From the NCBI GenBank assembly GCA_004764695.1, contig SMSO01000031.1, positions 9,034,761 to 9,098,760 of the forward strand: a stretch of 64,000 nucleotides of DNA, given 5' to 3'. Positions within the stretch are counted from its first letter, which is position 1; each line of letters starts with the position of its first letter. Source of the DNA: Schizochytrium sp. TIO01 (lineage: Eukaryota > Protista > Bigyra: Labyrinthulomycetes). A model generated the notes under the pieces. That model searched no databases, was not told the origin of the DNA, and saw nothing but the letters and a program-made list of their open reading frames with translations. The translations under genes were made by a program, and so were the position numbers. This document shows positions 25,028 to 36,823 of this stretch, in pieces.

Positions 25028-25633
25028 ATGACTGACCCAGAAGAGGTTGTCTCTTTTCAACGTTCAATTCTGGAAAATCGTATTCGGAGGAAGCCTCCTA
25101 GCGTGCGGGAGGTAGAGCAACAGGCTGCCAAGCATGTGATGCACTCGAGGGCGCACAATCGGCTGGACGATTGGCGCAAACCTGAGAGCTACAGCAACTT
25201 GCTGGGACAATTTCGACCTGCTCCGCATGAAAAACTAGATCCCCTTTCCCAAATGCGTAACGTAGATGCGTGTGGGACACCAGTTTCAATGACTAAGACG
25301 ATGTTTAGTTCGCCAAAGCCGCGGGCGGCTCAAGACCAATATCAGGAGCGGCGCACCGAGTGCCGTACCAGTGTTTCGAATGCAGTGTCATCTAAGCGTG
25401 TACAGTCTCACCTTAAATCTCCTTTTTATCGATCAGACTCGACCAAGGTCTCTACTGGCTTTACCAGTCGCGCTGAGATGCTGGCTGCACGGAAGCGTGC
25501 AGATCACCAGCGTGCGCAGGATACGTTTGGCTCCCCAGAGTCTATGGGCTTTGTGGACTTTTCTTGTGGCAGAAAATCTATGGATACTGTAATTCGCAAC
25601 ATCAACAACATTGCAGAGCCGAGCAAGAAGTGA
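25028..25633 (+). CDS. Hypothetical basic protein; true 5' end uncertain, possibly near 24738 with an intron at 24843-24888
   Basis: 220-codon ORF 24971..25633 with first ATG at 25028, followed by an AT-rich 3' flank. It is divergent from the RING/channel gene. Confidence 0.6.
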   Translation: MTDPEEVVSFQRSILENRIRRKPPSVREVEQQAAKHVMHSRAHNRLDDWRKPESYSNLLGQFRPAPHEKLDPLSQMRNVDACGTPVSMTKTMFSSPKPRAAQDQYQERRTECRTSVSNAVSSKRVQSHLKSPFYRSDSTKVSTGFTSRAEMLAARKRADHQRAQDTFGSPESMGFVDFSCGRKSMDTVIRNINNIAEPSKK

Positions 25634-25987
25634 GCACCTTTACTTTATGAAAGACTTGTCAAATTATTCTAGAAATACTGATCAATCAAGAAATATACTA
25701 TGCATAAAAATGGGTCTATTTCCAATTCCAACCAGGACATCAACGAAGACATCTTTGCTTCTGAGCGAATCTTTAAGCTTCAGATGATATTTTACAATAT
25801 TGAAATTGAAATTTAATCTAAGTTCGACTGTTAGGTTTGACACACTCCAGCTAGAAAGAGGACGCCTCTGTATGCGCCGTCTCAGAGACCAACTCCTAGA
25901 ACGGCCTCCTCAACGAAGAAGGGCTCCGGAAATAAATAAGGATAGCATTCGTAGTGGTCTGCTCATAGGTAGAACAGTGTGCTTGAA

Positions 25988-26541
25988 ATGACCAATGCCT
26001 TCAGCTCCTTACTTTTGTGTGCTTCACTTTTACTCGAGTTTCGCCACGCAGCTCGAAGTGAAGTACTTCAACAATACTCTCTGACAAGGGCAAGTCTTCG
26101 GCCTGTTCATTTGCCAGCAATTCGATCTCATCCTATTTTCAGAGTTTTGTCCGCATTGCTTTACTTAATCCCTCTTTCCTGCATGCCAAATTTACCCGAG
26201 TACCTTCTAGTAGGTAAAATCATTTCTGTGCTCAGGTTACAACTACCTTGGCGGCACCATCGTGGCTTTCCAAATTCCTTTCATACCTGTGGTGCCACTC
26301 CATGCCAAAACTGGACCTCTATGACCAGAACAACATGGACATCAAACTGAATGACAGACTCGGAGGGAGACTATTTTCTGAGCTTGTCTCGACTGTTCCG
26401 AGTTTTGGCGGAGACCTTCCCTCGTTTCACAGGTTGTGTGTTTTGCTATTTTCACAGGTTAAATGGTCAATTGACCAATGGACGGTCGAAAACTGCATAA
26501 AAGAATTTGAAGCTCTAGGTACGATTCAGTACGAGCGGTAG
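25988..26541 (+). pseudogene. Possible decayed or frameshifted gene fragment of unknown family
   Basis: Two overlapping protein-like ORFs (25979..26350 and 26248..26541) in otherwise AT-rich intergenic DNA. No motif recognised. Confidence 0.2.
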
Positions 26542-26760
26542 TATTATTTATAGTAGGAGGACGAATCTATTTTGAAAGAAAAAATTAGGTGAGTATATCA
26601 AAAAGTGCACCTATCATTAAACTAGGTATCGTATACGTCAATTCTCTGTTCTTCTGATTCTTCCTCCCCGCCGATGACTGACTTTGAATTGGACGATTCC
26701 GTCCCTCAATCCCTTAAGCTCTCAGGAGAAGCAGGGTTGAAGAACCTGGAGAAGAACTTC

Positions 26761-26786
26761 AAATAAATAAATAAATAAATAAATAA
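26761..26786. repeat. (AAAT)6 microsatellite
   Basis: Seen directly. Confidence 0.9.
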
Positions 26787-27240
26787 TGAACATCAGAAAG
26801 GAAAGTTAATTTATGTTTAAAAAAATAACGTGACCATCTTTAGCTCGCATCAACACAAAAACGAAGACAGAGACAAGGAAACTCTTCACATCCTAGCCCT
26901 TAAGGGCCCTTATAATCATGAATGCACTGATTGGATTGAGATTCCAGACTGACACCCATTTTCTTCACTCGCACGATCAATTCAATTGATCCGAGGTTGG
27001 CCCGATTTTTTATTTCGTCGTCGTTGAGTTCTGTAAAAATAAAGCTCTCTTTCAAGAAAAAGTAGGTAACTAACTATAGATAGAAAGAAAGGGAAAATAA
27101 AAAAGGTATCATTATTGTTTCTATTTGATTGATTGTTAAAAAACAAAACAAAACAAAAAACTTGTTTCAAATTTGTTGTTAGCTCAAAATTGGGTGAAAC
27201 GTGAACAATTGTGAGAACAAGTCACGGCAGCAAAGATGGA

Positions 27241-29103
27241 ATGGTGGTCGTTTCCGTGGGTCTGCCCGCCGCTAGCCGGCTTGGCAGCACGCTGAGTGCG
27301 CCGCAGGTGACTGGAAGCTGTCACTTGGTTTCACTACTCTCCTTTCCGCATCTTTGTGTCGTTCTCGACGCCGCCAAGACCGTCGAAGACATCCCAGACA
27401 CACAAAATGCCCATGGAGTCTCTCACGATGCTTCCCGTGGCGTCTCAAACAGCGACGAAGACGACAATATGAACATGGCTGTTGAAGATATCACTAAAGA
27501 CCGTGCAAAGCTCTCTGCGTCGCTACCGTGGGCAGGGTCACTGCAGGGTGTACGGCTCCTTGCGGGACCCGCTGGCGCTGGAGAGCCTGATGCCCAGGCC
27601 TGGGCCGCTGATGCCTCACTCTTCGTCGTTGCGTATGGTCAAACGCTGAGAGTTTTTGCACCACCAAGATCGAAACTGTCTCATCATAACGGTGGTGACA
27701 CTCCTGTTGCCTCCAAAACCACTCAAAATGCTCAGGATTTTGATGCCGGTAAGGACGATATTAACGTCTCTCAAAATGTGATTAGTGTGGACAGTGAGAA
27801 GGACTTTAGAAATCCTGCTCATACTGATCCAGCATTGGGCTTTGAGGGCCTTGATAAGAACTGGCCGACACAGACGCAAACGTTGGTGGTGCGACAGAGG
27901 GTTCGAGATTTGGCTTGTAGTAAGTGCTTATCCCGAGATCTTAATTGGATTGCTGTGGCGGGGGAGCATGGCGTGAAGGTCTTTGATTTGGAGCAACAAA
28001 CTCCACCAATTTACTTGGTCAGGTCGTTTGCAGTAAGCCTTGTCACCTTTCATGATAATGACCTGTTGGTATGCACAACCGACGGACATCTTGGTATTTG
28101 GCACTTGCCATCATCGCTCCAGGAGGCAAAGAGGGAATCTTCTCGGGCGCTTGATGCCGCGTGGCGAACAGTGATTGACATTTCAGGGAAATTCACATCT
28201 GCAAGTTTCACACCGGACGGCTCATACTTTTCGGTAGCAAGCTGGCGCGATGGAGTGTACATTTATGCGCGCACTAAAACCGGACAGTATGTTCTTGACA
28301 GACACATTGAGATTCACAGTGAGCTGTCGAGAACGATGCAGCATGCTATGCTTGTTTGCTTTTCGCTGACCCAGCGGCCGATACTAGCCTACACAACCCA
28401 TGACAATCGTCACATCAATTTTTATGATGTAATATCGCACCAGGAAGTAGCCCCTGCCTGGGACGACATCGGCGATGTTGTTACGGGTATGTGTTGCAGT
28501 ATGCGCGGCACACTTGTCATGCATACTCTCCATGGTCACCTCAGCGCGCGTAAGTGGCCATATCAAGATGTTGTCACGAGTCCCCCACCTCCCCGCATGC
28601 CTTCCCTCAATGGTTTGCCTGAGATTGTTGCTAATGAATTGAAGGAGCGCCATGTCCTGCGCCACATCGTTATGGATGGAATCCGCGTGATTCTCACGGA
28701 TGGTTGTGCGCACATTTGCTTTATGCCAAAACAAAAGTGGCGCGCCGTGGTAACACGAAGTACTGCGGTGGGTATAGTGACTGGTCGTATAGTGATTTTT
28801 GCTGGACCTGGTGCCTCAGCCAAAGCATTACACGCCAACATAGATACTTGCACTTTGGAGATACTTTCTGATGTGGAGCTCGTAGCTTTAGATGATTCGG
28901 TTTCCCTGAATGAGAACAGTGCCTCTGAGGCATCTTTTAATGAGGAAGGTGGTTCAATCTTGGCAAAAGCGATGCGACCAACGTTGAAATCAAGAGAGCC
29001 TAAACACATTTTGGGTGGGGGAAAAGATAAGAATGGGCGCATTCTTCTTGCCACCGTTTATGACGTCAAGCATATGCCAATGCTTGGTATCATACGTCCA
29101 TGA
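27241..29103 (+). CDS. WD40/beta-propeller repeat protein
   Basis: 630-codon ORF, first in-frame ATG at 27241. Blade-like motifs WIAVAGEHGVKVFDL, LVCTTDGHLGIWHL, SASFTPDGSYFSVASWRDGVYIY and HINFYDV. Confidence 0.75.
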   Translation: MVVVSVGLPAASRLGSTLSAPQVTGSCHLVSLLSFPHLCVVLDAAKTVEDIPDTQNAHGVSHDASRGVSNSDEDDNMNMAVEDITKDRAKLSASLPWAGSLQGVRLLAGPAGAGEPDAQAWAADASLFVVAYGQTLRVFAPPRSKLSHHNGGDTPVASKTTQNAQDFDAGKDDINVSQNVISVDSEKDFRNPAHTDPALGFEGLDKNWPTQTQTLVVRQRVRDLACSKCLSRDLNWIAVAGEHGVKVFDLEQQTPPIYLVRSFAVSLVTFHDNDLLVCTTDGHLGIWHLPSSLQEAKRESSRALDAAWRTVIDISGKFTSASFTPDGSYFSVASWRDGVYIYARTKTGQYVLDRHIEIHSELSRTMQHAMLVCFSLTQRPILAYTTHDNRHINFYDVISHQEVAPAWDDIGDVVTGMCCSMRGTLVMHTLHGHLSARKWPYQDVVTSPPPPRMPSLNGLPEIVANELKERHVLRHIVMDGIRVILTDGCAHICFMPKQKWRAVVTRSTAVGIVTGRIVIFAGPGASAKALHANIDTCTLEILSDVELVALDDSVSLNENSASEASFNEEGGSILAKAMRPTLKSREPKHILGGGKDKNGRILLATVYDVKHMPMLGIIRP

Positions 29104-30424
29104 GCCCTGTAATTCTGAAGATATCGATCATTAGCAGCCTTTATTTTAAATGGCCAAAACACTACCGATCATTCATTCCGTTCACTATTTTCCTTCTTTC
29201 TCGATTTTTAGGTCAATTGATCATTCTGCTACTGCTGATATGCAAACTTTTACACATCGTACAGACCCGCACTTGATGGAGAGTGTAGTTTCCTCATTTT
29301 TGTGTGTGTGCGTGTTTTTTTTATTCTACAAAAAAGATTAGATCAACAACGTTTCTGAATGTTGATCAAGACAACTAGAAATACCTAATAATAAGAGATG
29401 TAGACGTTTCTGTAATGTTATTGTGGTCATATTTTTAACATGTAGCACCCATAGTATATGCACATGTGAAAACTTGGACTCTGATAGATTCTTTGTTTAC
29501 TTTAAATAATGATGTGGATGGATTCGCGACTCCACAAGATACTCGACTAGCTAATTCATTTTGACAATCGAATGGAATTTTAAATACTGAATAGCGACAA
29601 GTCATGCAAATGTATTGGTGGGTTACGTAATACTAAGATATATCAAAGAAGAGTCTATTATGAACTGTTGTTATAATTCTTTCTTCAAAGGCGATAACAC
29701 GGCAGTTCCTCAAAAGTGCACAATATTGAGAAGAAGTTATTCGGACTCATTAGGACATAAGAGTTTACATGATGTCAGGGAAAAGGGCTGAGTTTTCTGT
29801 AAAAGCAAAAAGATATATTTGGTTGAAAGATGTGCGAATAGGGTTAGCCGCTCGCTATACCATGAGGAAGAATGCGAAAAAGCAGCTGTATGTTGGATTT
29901 CCAACGCGGAGATGATGGTTGAGAGGACGGATGCCGCCAGAGCCATGCAAAGGGTGTGCCATGTATCCTTCTGGGTCTCCCAGTCACATCACGAATCCGT
30001 TACATCAATGCCGACGCGCGAAGATGTTACATTCAGTGGAGTGATAAGGCAGCTGAGGATATCCTTAAAGGATGAAGATTCTTTTTCATGCTAGATACCA
30101 GATGTCCTTTGGGTAGTAAAGAACAGCATAGGCATAGGAGATTCTTTCAATAACTTCTTTAAATCCTGGGACCCATGATGCAATCCTATGACTCTTTCTA
30201 TTCGCTAGGTTGCGTGTTTAACTTCATCAAGGTAGACCTAGCTGGTTGAAATACTGGGCAAAGAGTGGTAAAGTTAAAATGAGGTAGTAGTTGTTGTTGA
30301 TCGTCATGAAAGAAGGAAGTGGATAGAGTAAGTAAGTAGAGTGTAGTGGTGCTCAAACAAAGATAATGTTGATTTCAAAGGGGTTTGATCGATGGGTAGA
30401 GTGAAGGTGGAACGCAAATTAATC

Positions 30425-31726
30425 CTACTGGGCCTGCGCGGCCTCGTGGCCTTGCTGCACAGCGTTGGACAGATACAGTTTAGAGAATCCAGAGCCGGAG
30501 AACTTGTTGACCTGCTCGCAATAGATGCCAATCTGCTTGAGGATGAGGAGGGACTCGAGGTTGGACTTGGTGTTTTGGGGCTTGAAGATAGGGTTGTTGG
30601 GGTCGCCGTTTTCTGGGAGGAGCGGCTCTCCACGCTCCTCACGAGCGCGGTTCTCTGCGCGACGTTCCTGGATCCATTTGATCTGCTCCTGCTCAATCGC
30701 TGCCAGCCGCTTCTGCTCGCGCTGGCGGTCCATCTGGTGAGCGTTCAGCTCGGTTACCTCCTCCAGCATGAACTCCAAGTTGGTCTCCAAGTAGGAGTTC
30801 GTGCTCAGGTTCAGGCGGTCAAAGTCCACGTCAAGGCGGTCACCGTTGCGGTCCTTGAGGTCCTGAATGAGCACGGTGAAGAGGTGTGCGTTGGTGATCT
30901 CAATGGGGACCTCCTCAAGGATCTCCTCGGCAGTGAGGTCCATATCCTGTCCTGCACTTGACATCACTGCGGAACCGTCGTTCTTAAGGCCTCCCACGGC
31001 TGCCACCACAGATGGCGACAGCTTCACGACACCCTTGTTGCCACTGCCGTTCTGCTTCTTGCGCATGAGCTGCACAAAGGCCTCAGAAAGCCTGTAAGCC
31101 TTGAAGTACAGGTTACCACGCTTGGTCTGGTGCGGGTCATACACGAGAAACACGGAACGCTGCACCACCGCGGCGTCAAGCTTGTCCTGCTCAGCAAACA
31201 TCTCGCGGATCACCTGAGCGTTACAGAACGAACTGAGAGACACAGAACGGTACCATCCGACGGGGTTGCAGTCCACGTTGATGTCGCGAAGGAGCTTGAG
31301 CATCTCGCCCTTGTACTCTGCCATGGCAGATGCCTCCTCGCGAGCAGCAGCAGCCTTAGCGGCCTCCTCCTCGTCCTTGGACCTCTTGCCGCCAGAGACC
31401 GAAGAAGAAGCGGCACCGTTGGGCTGAGGAGAAGGAAAGCAGTTGGTTACTTCAAGCTTCGTATCCACATCCATACCAAGAAGCGTACCCTTGCACAAGT
31501 TGGGCCAGGCCTCCTCGCAGTGCTTGATGACCTTGAGCAGCACAAGGCCGTCCACCTTGACTTTGTCGAGCTTCGAGGGAGGCTTGAGGGAGGCAGCGGC
31601 CACGCTAGCCACACCACCACTCTTACCCTGAAGCTTCTCAGCAAGAGTAAGGCCACCCTCCTTCTTGCCTTCAGAAGCGGCAGCGGACGCAGCCGCAGCC
31701 GAGGCTCCCCAACGAGGCACCGACAT
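30425..31726 (-). CDS. EIF3H: Eukaryotic translation initiation factor 3 subunit H (MPN-minus domain)
   Basis: VKVDGLVLLKVIKHC...GTLLGMDVDTKLEVTNCFP, LRDINVDCNPVGWY, LVYDP...KAYRLS, RRAENRAREERGEPLLPE. Strongly C/G-ending codons fit high expression. Confidence 0.95.
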   Translation of the reverse strand: MSVPRWGASAAAASAAASEGKKEGGLTLAEKLQGKSGGVASVAAASLKPPSKLDKVKVDGLVLLKVIKHCEEAWPNLCKGTLLGMDVDTKLEVTNCFPSPQPNGAASSSVSGGKRSKDEEEAAKAAAAREEASAMAEYKGEMLKLLRDINVDCNPVGWYRSVSLSSFCNAQVIREMFAEQDKLDAAVVQRSVFLVYDPHQTKRGNLYFKAYRLSEAFVQLMRKKQNGSGNKGVVKLSPSVVAAVGGLKNDGSAVMSSAGQDMDLTAEEILEEVPIEITNAHLFTVLIQDLKDRNGDRLDVDFDRLNLSTNSYLETNLEFMLEEVTELNAHQMDRQREQKRLAAIEQEQIKWIQERRAENRAREERGEPLLPENGDPNNPIFKPQNTKSNLESLLILKQIGIYCEQVNKFSGSGFSKLYLSNAVQQGHEAAQAQ

Positions 31727-34700
31727 GATGTTGATCCGAGCGAGTTAAGTGCGAGAAACGAGAAAGATCGATCTGCTGTTCGACCAAGAGATTAGAGAAG
31801 CGCTCCACCAACCAGTCAGACGACGGGAGGCAGGCAGGAAGCAGGCAAGCAGTCGCCAGTGAAGAGCTCTGCGCGGAGAGAGGCAGGCCCAGACGATCAA
31901 GCTAGCAAGCGAGCGAGAAGCCCTTCCTTTGTTTAAAAGCCTTAGTTATTATTGGCGCTACTTATTGGTTGTTGGCCTTCTTCGCGCCCTGCTTGGCGCC
32001 CATCTTCAAAATACTCTATTGTGCTAAATGGAACAAGTACAGATTAAACCCGACCTATAATACATATCGAAAGACATACAATGAAGAATGAAGATAATCT
32101 GCACTTTGCACTTTGCAAAAAATAGAAAATTAGAACACCACTATCAAGACTATGGCAAATATGAGGATAGCGAGAGGTTGGTGTGCTCTAGGTGTTCTAT
32201 TTTCTGGCAGCATCACTAACTACCTACCATGTCTTGTCAATGACTTATGCAACATTGATTGTGAACTTGTGGAGAGGAGTCACAGTAGAGAATACAGGCT
32301 CGAAAGAAGAGTATAATGGTCAGACAATGGAGTACAAACGAAGATCAAGAAGGCAGCTTTAAAAAAAAGTCAATTGATCAAAATCAAATGATTCGTTTAT
32401 TGAGTCACAATTCATCGATTCATTTGGATCGAGCTCCGAGCGCCGGCGAGGAATAAAGCTAATGCGATGAGTCTGGAAAGTCGATCAATCTGATTTGAGT
32501 ACCTTACGATCCTTCCTCAATTTATTCACAGGAGCCTATCTTTTATTGTCCCATCCATCTTGATTCATCATTCATGAATCTAATCTTTCTCAAAGCTAAA
32601 GAAACTAATTCTATTTGTTCATCACCCGCTTCTAAGAGTCACCTATGATCTCATAAAGAAGAGAAACTCCTATATTGAAGGCCTAGCCTCGCCTAGTCTT
32701 CAAAATATGGGGAGTCTACTGTTTAAGGTATATGGGTTCTAATGAGCTCTCCGCCCTCCATCGCAGCCGCTCGTTTTTGCATAGAGTAACCCCCTCATAA
32801 TGCAAAGCCTGCGCATACAAATTATATGAAAGGTGGGGGTAGTGAGGGAATCATGACGAACCCTAAAACATCTACATTGAGGAGGGCATAAGAGTATGAG
32901 AGTGCTTTGACGACAAGTTTGAGCTGGAGAGGCCAGATTGGCAAGAATATAACATTTACAACGATAAGGCTGGGCGGCATGTTTGATCGTGCTCTTGGCT
33001 GGGTAATACCCACCAACTGATTCAATAACGGAAAATGGGATTAAGCTGGCGACCAGAATAAGTATAAGATACCTTCCTACTGGTTTTGATAGTCAACGTC
33101 ATATTCCAGGGTAATTTCTCAAAAGATCCATCAACGTGACGAATTTCTATTGGAGCAGAGACAGATGACATGCACGGCATCAAGTGACCTCTGATGTTAA
33201 TAATTTGGCCTGGCGGTTAAGCAGTAAAATTTGACATATCTACCCACTATCCTACCCGCTGGAATTATGATTTGAGTAAGCATTATCCAGCAACCACAGG
33301 GGATACCTCGGTAGCGGTCAGCTTGTTTCCTTACATGATGGGTAAGGTACCTACTACCTACTACCTACTTAACCTCCTACCACCATAGCACGCCACGGCA
33401 TGACTTCGCATTTTAATCAAAAAGAAACCTAAAAATAGGAAAGCTACCTCACCAGGGGAGGGAACACATCAAATAAAAAAGAGAACGTCATCGCTGAAAT
33501 GGAGATGTGATCATTGAACTAAGCTTGAGGTTTCCTTGTCGCCTCATTAATTCATCTTTACTTTTCTAGACTAATTGACGAATCAGAAACCACCGAAAAA
33601 CGGGGCAGATAATGAAATTAAAGATAAGTATACATTTGTTTACAGACCTAACGCTAGTGCAAGTGATAGATCTTCAACACATCATCACAAGTGGGCCCCT
33701 TATATAATGATCGCTTGCAAGTTTTTTGCGAAGAAAGTTTTCGAGATTAAATATCTAGTTGTAACTCGTTCTTCATCTTGAAATTTTAATACGAAAGAAT
33801 TTCTGAACAAAGCTCGCTTAATTGAACTACTTTGTCTGATAGTTTTTCTTTTGTCCGAAAAGGAACAGAGGAAAAGATTAAACAGGTAGAATATTCAGGG
33901 TGCCAAAGACTACCTTTGACAACAAGGAAATCAAAGCATTGGAATCTTCTAATTTTATATTATTAAACAGAGGCGATTAGATCAACAGGAAACGAGTGTT
34001 TGGCCAGTTTGTATTATTACATTAAATCAAATGCCTGCACATCCAATGATAAGAAGATAAGGGTAATGTGAAATTAGAATTATAAGAACACTAGTTTGGT
34101 CTGAGAACCAAGACATGGAAAAGCGAGTGGGCGAAATGAAGGACAACCTCAAATGGCGTGTGGCTAGAAATACTTCTATTAATCTCTCATTTATATTTTA
34201 AAATACTTGTATATATGTAGATTCGTTCTATTACTGAAAGGGTTTTCATATTATGCGATAGACAAGAGCAAAGCAGCTCAGGGTATATATCATCATTGTT
34301 TTTAAAATGAAGAAAGGCAAGCAAACTCCCAAACAGCAAGCCACCTTGTCGAAATTGTCCTGGACTAGCGTGCCCAACTTATCTGGAAGGCATATCTCTC
34401 AAATTCCATCATAACAAAAATGAATTCAAGGATTTTTTTTTTTTCATTCGTGGTTGTTGTGCATGTGGCAAGCATGAAGTAGTCGAAAGTAAAGTATCAG
34501 ACTATAAGAGAGAGTTTTTGATGAATTATTGATGAAAATGGTTTTAAAAAGAAACGATAATAATCGAAACGGTATTGACTTTGTAGTTGTGATTTCTGGT
34601 GCGGTGACTGCTGGTTGGCACAAAATCACACGATTTGGACAAGGGTTAACGTGAAAAGAGGCACTCTCTCCATTGCCATGCAAAGGACGGGGAAGAAAGA

Positions 34701-34744
34701 AAAGAGCATCCTGACGGGCCGGCAGACGTCATCAAAATGCGCGA

Positions 34745-36823
34745 TCATGCCTTCTTTGTGGGTGCTGTAGAAACCTCGTCCTCAAGAAAAGCGTACTCAA
34801 AGGTAAAGTTAGGTTTGATACGCTGACCCCAATTGGTCTCAAAGTCAAAATAGACGTAAGTTCCGACTTCATAATCGTCCGTGGTTGTCCGTGGCTCTTC
34901 ATGACGTTGAAACCATGTGTGATACTTCTTATGGTACCGCCATGACTGACGTTTAAGCTCACGGGCAGCCAAATATTGCTGATGAGTGTTGGGTTGGTGA
35001 AAGAAGACGAAAAACAAGGTATCGAGGTCGACCTTCTCCATGAAAGCAGCCGAGTCGAAGCTTGCCGGGGGGTTTGCGGGGAAACTAGGCGGAGTTGAGA
35101 AAGGATTCCTTGGTGTGTATGTCTTGGTCCTTTCTGATTCCGCGGGCCCCGGAATATGCAACAAACTCGAGTCCAACATGGCGAGTTTCTGCCGCAGGTC
35201 AAGGCCGGGCAGAGTGATTTGCCGAGTTGGCCTCGGGTGAAGGATAGGGCCATCTGGCATATGTGGTACTTGTGCATGAGCTGCTACAGATGATTGTGAT
35301 GACTGTGAAGTAGAGCTAGCCTGTGCTTGCGTTGCCAACTGCTGCTGGGGGTGCTGACCAGTGGTCAACGGGGTTGGCTGCGACTGACCTGCAACAGGCG
35401 TCTGCGAAGAGCTCCCTGGTGGCAAAGCTGCTGCAGCTACAGGTGTTTGCAAATTCGAGGTTGGCTGCGCCGCCCCTGACGCAGCCACTGGTACTGTCGA
35501 AGGTGAAGGTGAAGGTGATGAACTTGCTGACACTGCTCCCGCTGGTGGCGGTAGCTGCTGTCTTGACCCAGGCGGTAATGGAACTGATGGGGTTGTGGAC
35601 GATGGAGATGAGTTTGCTGATACTGATGCTGATGTCGTTCCTGCTGCGGGGAGCTGCATTTGTGAAGAAGGCGTATGTACCCGATCCGTGCCTGCTGCAG
35701 GCAAGACATTGCCTCCTGCAATGGCTGCAGCAGTAGTTCCAGTTGAAATATGCGACTTTTCGTCGCCTGCAATGCGCTCCGCAGCAGTTCGCTCATCCAC
35801 GATCCCACCTTGCGCCTCAACTTCTTTCCTCTTAGTCTCTTCCTCTTTCTGACGTGCGAGCTCGAGCTTCTCTTTCTCTTTTCGTGCCTTTTGAGCTGCC
35901 TGCTGCTGCTCCAAAATGGCTGCACGCTGCTGCTGCTGTGCAAGGAGAACATCAGTCTCTGCAGACTCCTTCTCGTCCTTCTTCTTCTTTGTCTTGTCCT
36001 TTTTCTTCTTCTTCTTACCCTCGGCGTCCTCGCCCTCCTTCTTCACCTTTTTCTCCTTAACAGGTACTGCAGGTGCTGCGGCAGCTGCGGCAGCAGCAGC
36101 AGCAGCGGTGACAAGGCCTTGAGAAGCCATGCGCTCTTCTAATTCCAAAGGATCGTACAACGCCTCGTCGTTGTAGAAGTCTGGCTCCATGTTGCTTTCA
36201 ATGTAATAGGTGACGTCGTCCTTGATGTCATCCACCTCGTCGGGATCTACAACTCCGTTGTCTACAGCGCGGATAATCATCTCCAACTGTGCCATGTGCC
36301 ATTTGTGTTGTGATATTTTCTCCTCAAAATCTTTGATCTTTTCCGCATGTTTTGCCTTTTTCTTCGCCGTACTTGATAAGGACTCCACATCGGCCTCGAC
36401 ATTTTCGAGTTGAGCTTGAATATCCTCAATGCGATCTGCTACCCATGCTTTGCAATCCTCCTGGGCTTGCTCTTCTGCAGTTAACCTACCGGTCTTGCTC
36501 AAACCTTCCCGGCTATACGCTTTGGTTTTCATCTCACGCTCCAGCTCTTTGAACTTTTCCATTCTCTCCTCGACGGATCGCCTTGCATCCAATAATGGGT
36601 CCTTGTTGCGAATTTCTGCGTTGGCCGCCCATGTTTTCACCTGTTCTCGCAACCTCTGCAATTTTTTAATCTCCTTCTTCAAGTCTTGCTCGTATTTCTC
36701 CTTTTGGTTCTGCTGTGAAGCCGAGTGTACCTTGTCCCAAATATCGTCAAAAAGCTCATTCCCTTCCACGATCTTCTTCAGCACGCGGTCCACCTCCGCC
36801 AAAAGTTTCCTGTTGTTACTCAT
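34745..36823 (-). CDS. CNOT3: CCR4-NOT complex subunit 3 (NOT3/NOT5 family)
   Basis: N-terminal RKLLAEVDRVLKKIVEG...QKEKYEQDLKKEIKKLQRLREQVKTW...KTKAYSREGL. C-terminal NOT box DTLFFVFF...QQYLAARELKRQSWRYHKKYHTWFQRHEEP...GTYVYFDFE. Confidence 0.96.
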   Translation of the reverse strand: MSNNRKLLAEVDRVLKKIVEGNELFDDIWDKVHSASQQNQKEKYEQDLKKEIKKLQRLREQVKTWAANAEIRNKDPLLDARRSVEERMEKFKELEREMKTKAYSREGLSKTGRLTAEEQAQEDCKAWVADRIEDIQAQLENVEADVESLSSTAKKKAKHAEKIKDFEEKISQHKWHMAQLEMIIRAVDNGVVDPDEVDDIKDDVTYYIESNMEPDFYNDEALYDPLELEERMASQGLVTAAAAAAAAAAAPAVPVKEKKVKKEGEDAEGKKKKKKDKTKKKKDEKESAETDVLLAQQQQRAAILEQQQAAQKARKEKEKLELARQKEEETKRKEVEAQGGIVDERTAAERIAGDEKSHISTGTTAAAIAGGNVLPAAGTDRVHTPSSQMQLPAAGTTSASVSANSSPSSTTPSVPLPPGSRQQLPPPAGAVSASSSPSPSPSTVPVAASGAAQPTSNLQTPVAAAALPPGSSSQTPVAGQSQPTPLTTGQHPQQQLATQAQASSTSQSSQSSVAAHAQVPHMPDGPILHPRPTRQITLPGLDLRQKLAMLDSSLLHIPGPAESERTKTYTPRNPFSTPPSFPANPPASFDSAAFMEKVDLDTLFFVFFHQPNTHQQYLAARELKRQSWRYHKKYHTWFQRHEEPRTTTDDYEVGTYVYFDFETNWGQRIKPNFTFEYAFLEDEVSTAPTKKA

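Noticed and set aside
30304-31795. ORFs overlapping eIF3h, including plus-strand ORFs of 189 and 221 aa
   Set aside because: They are antisense or alternate-frame shadows caused by strong codon bias. The same applies to the shadow ORFs over USP, CNOT3, the lipase, the aminotransferase and SRP68.
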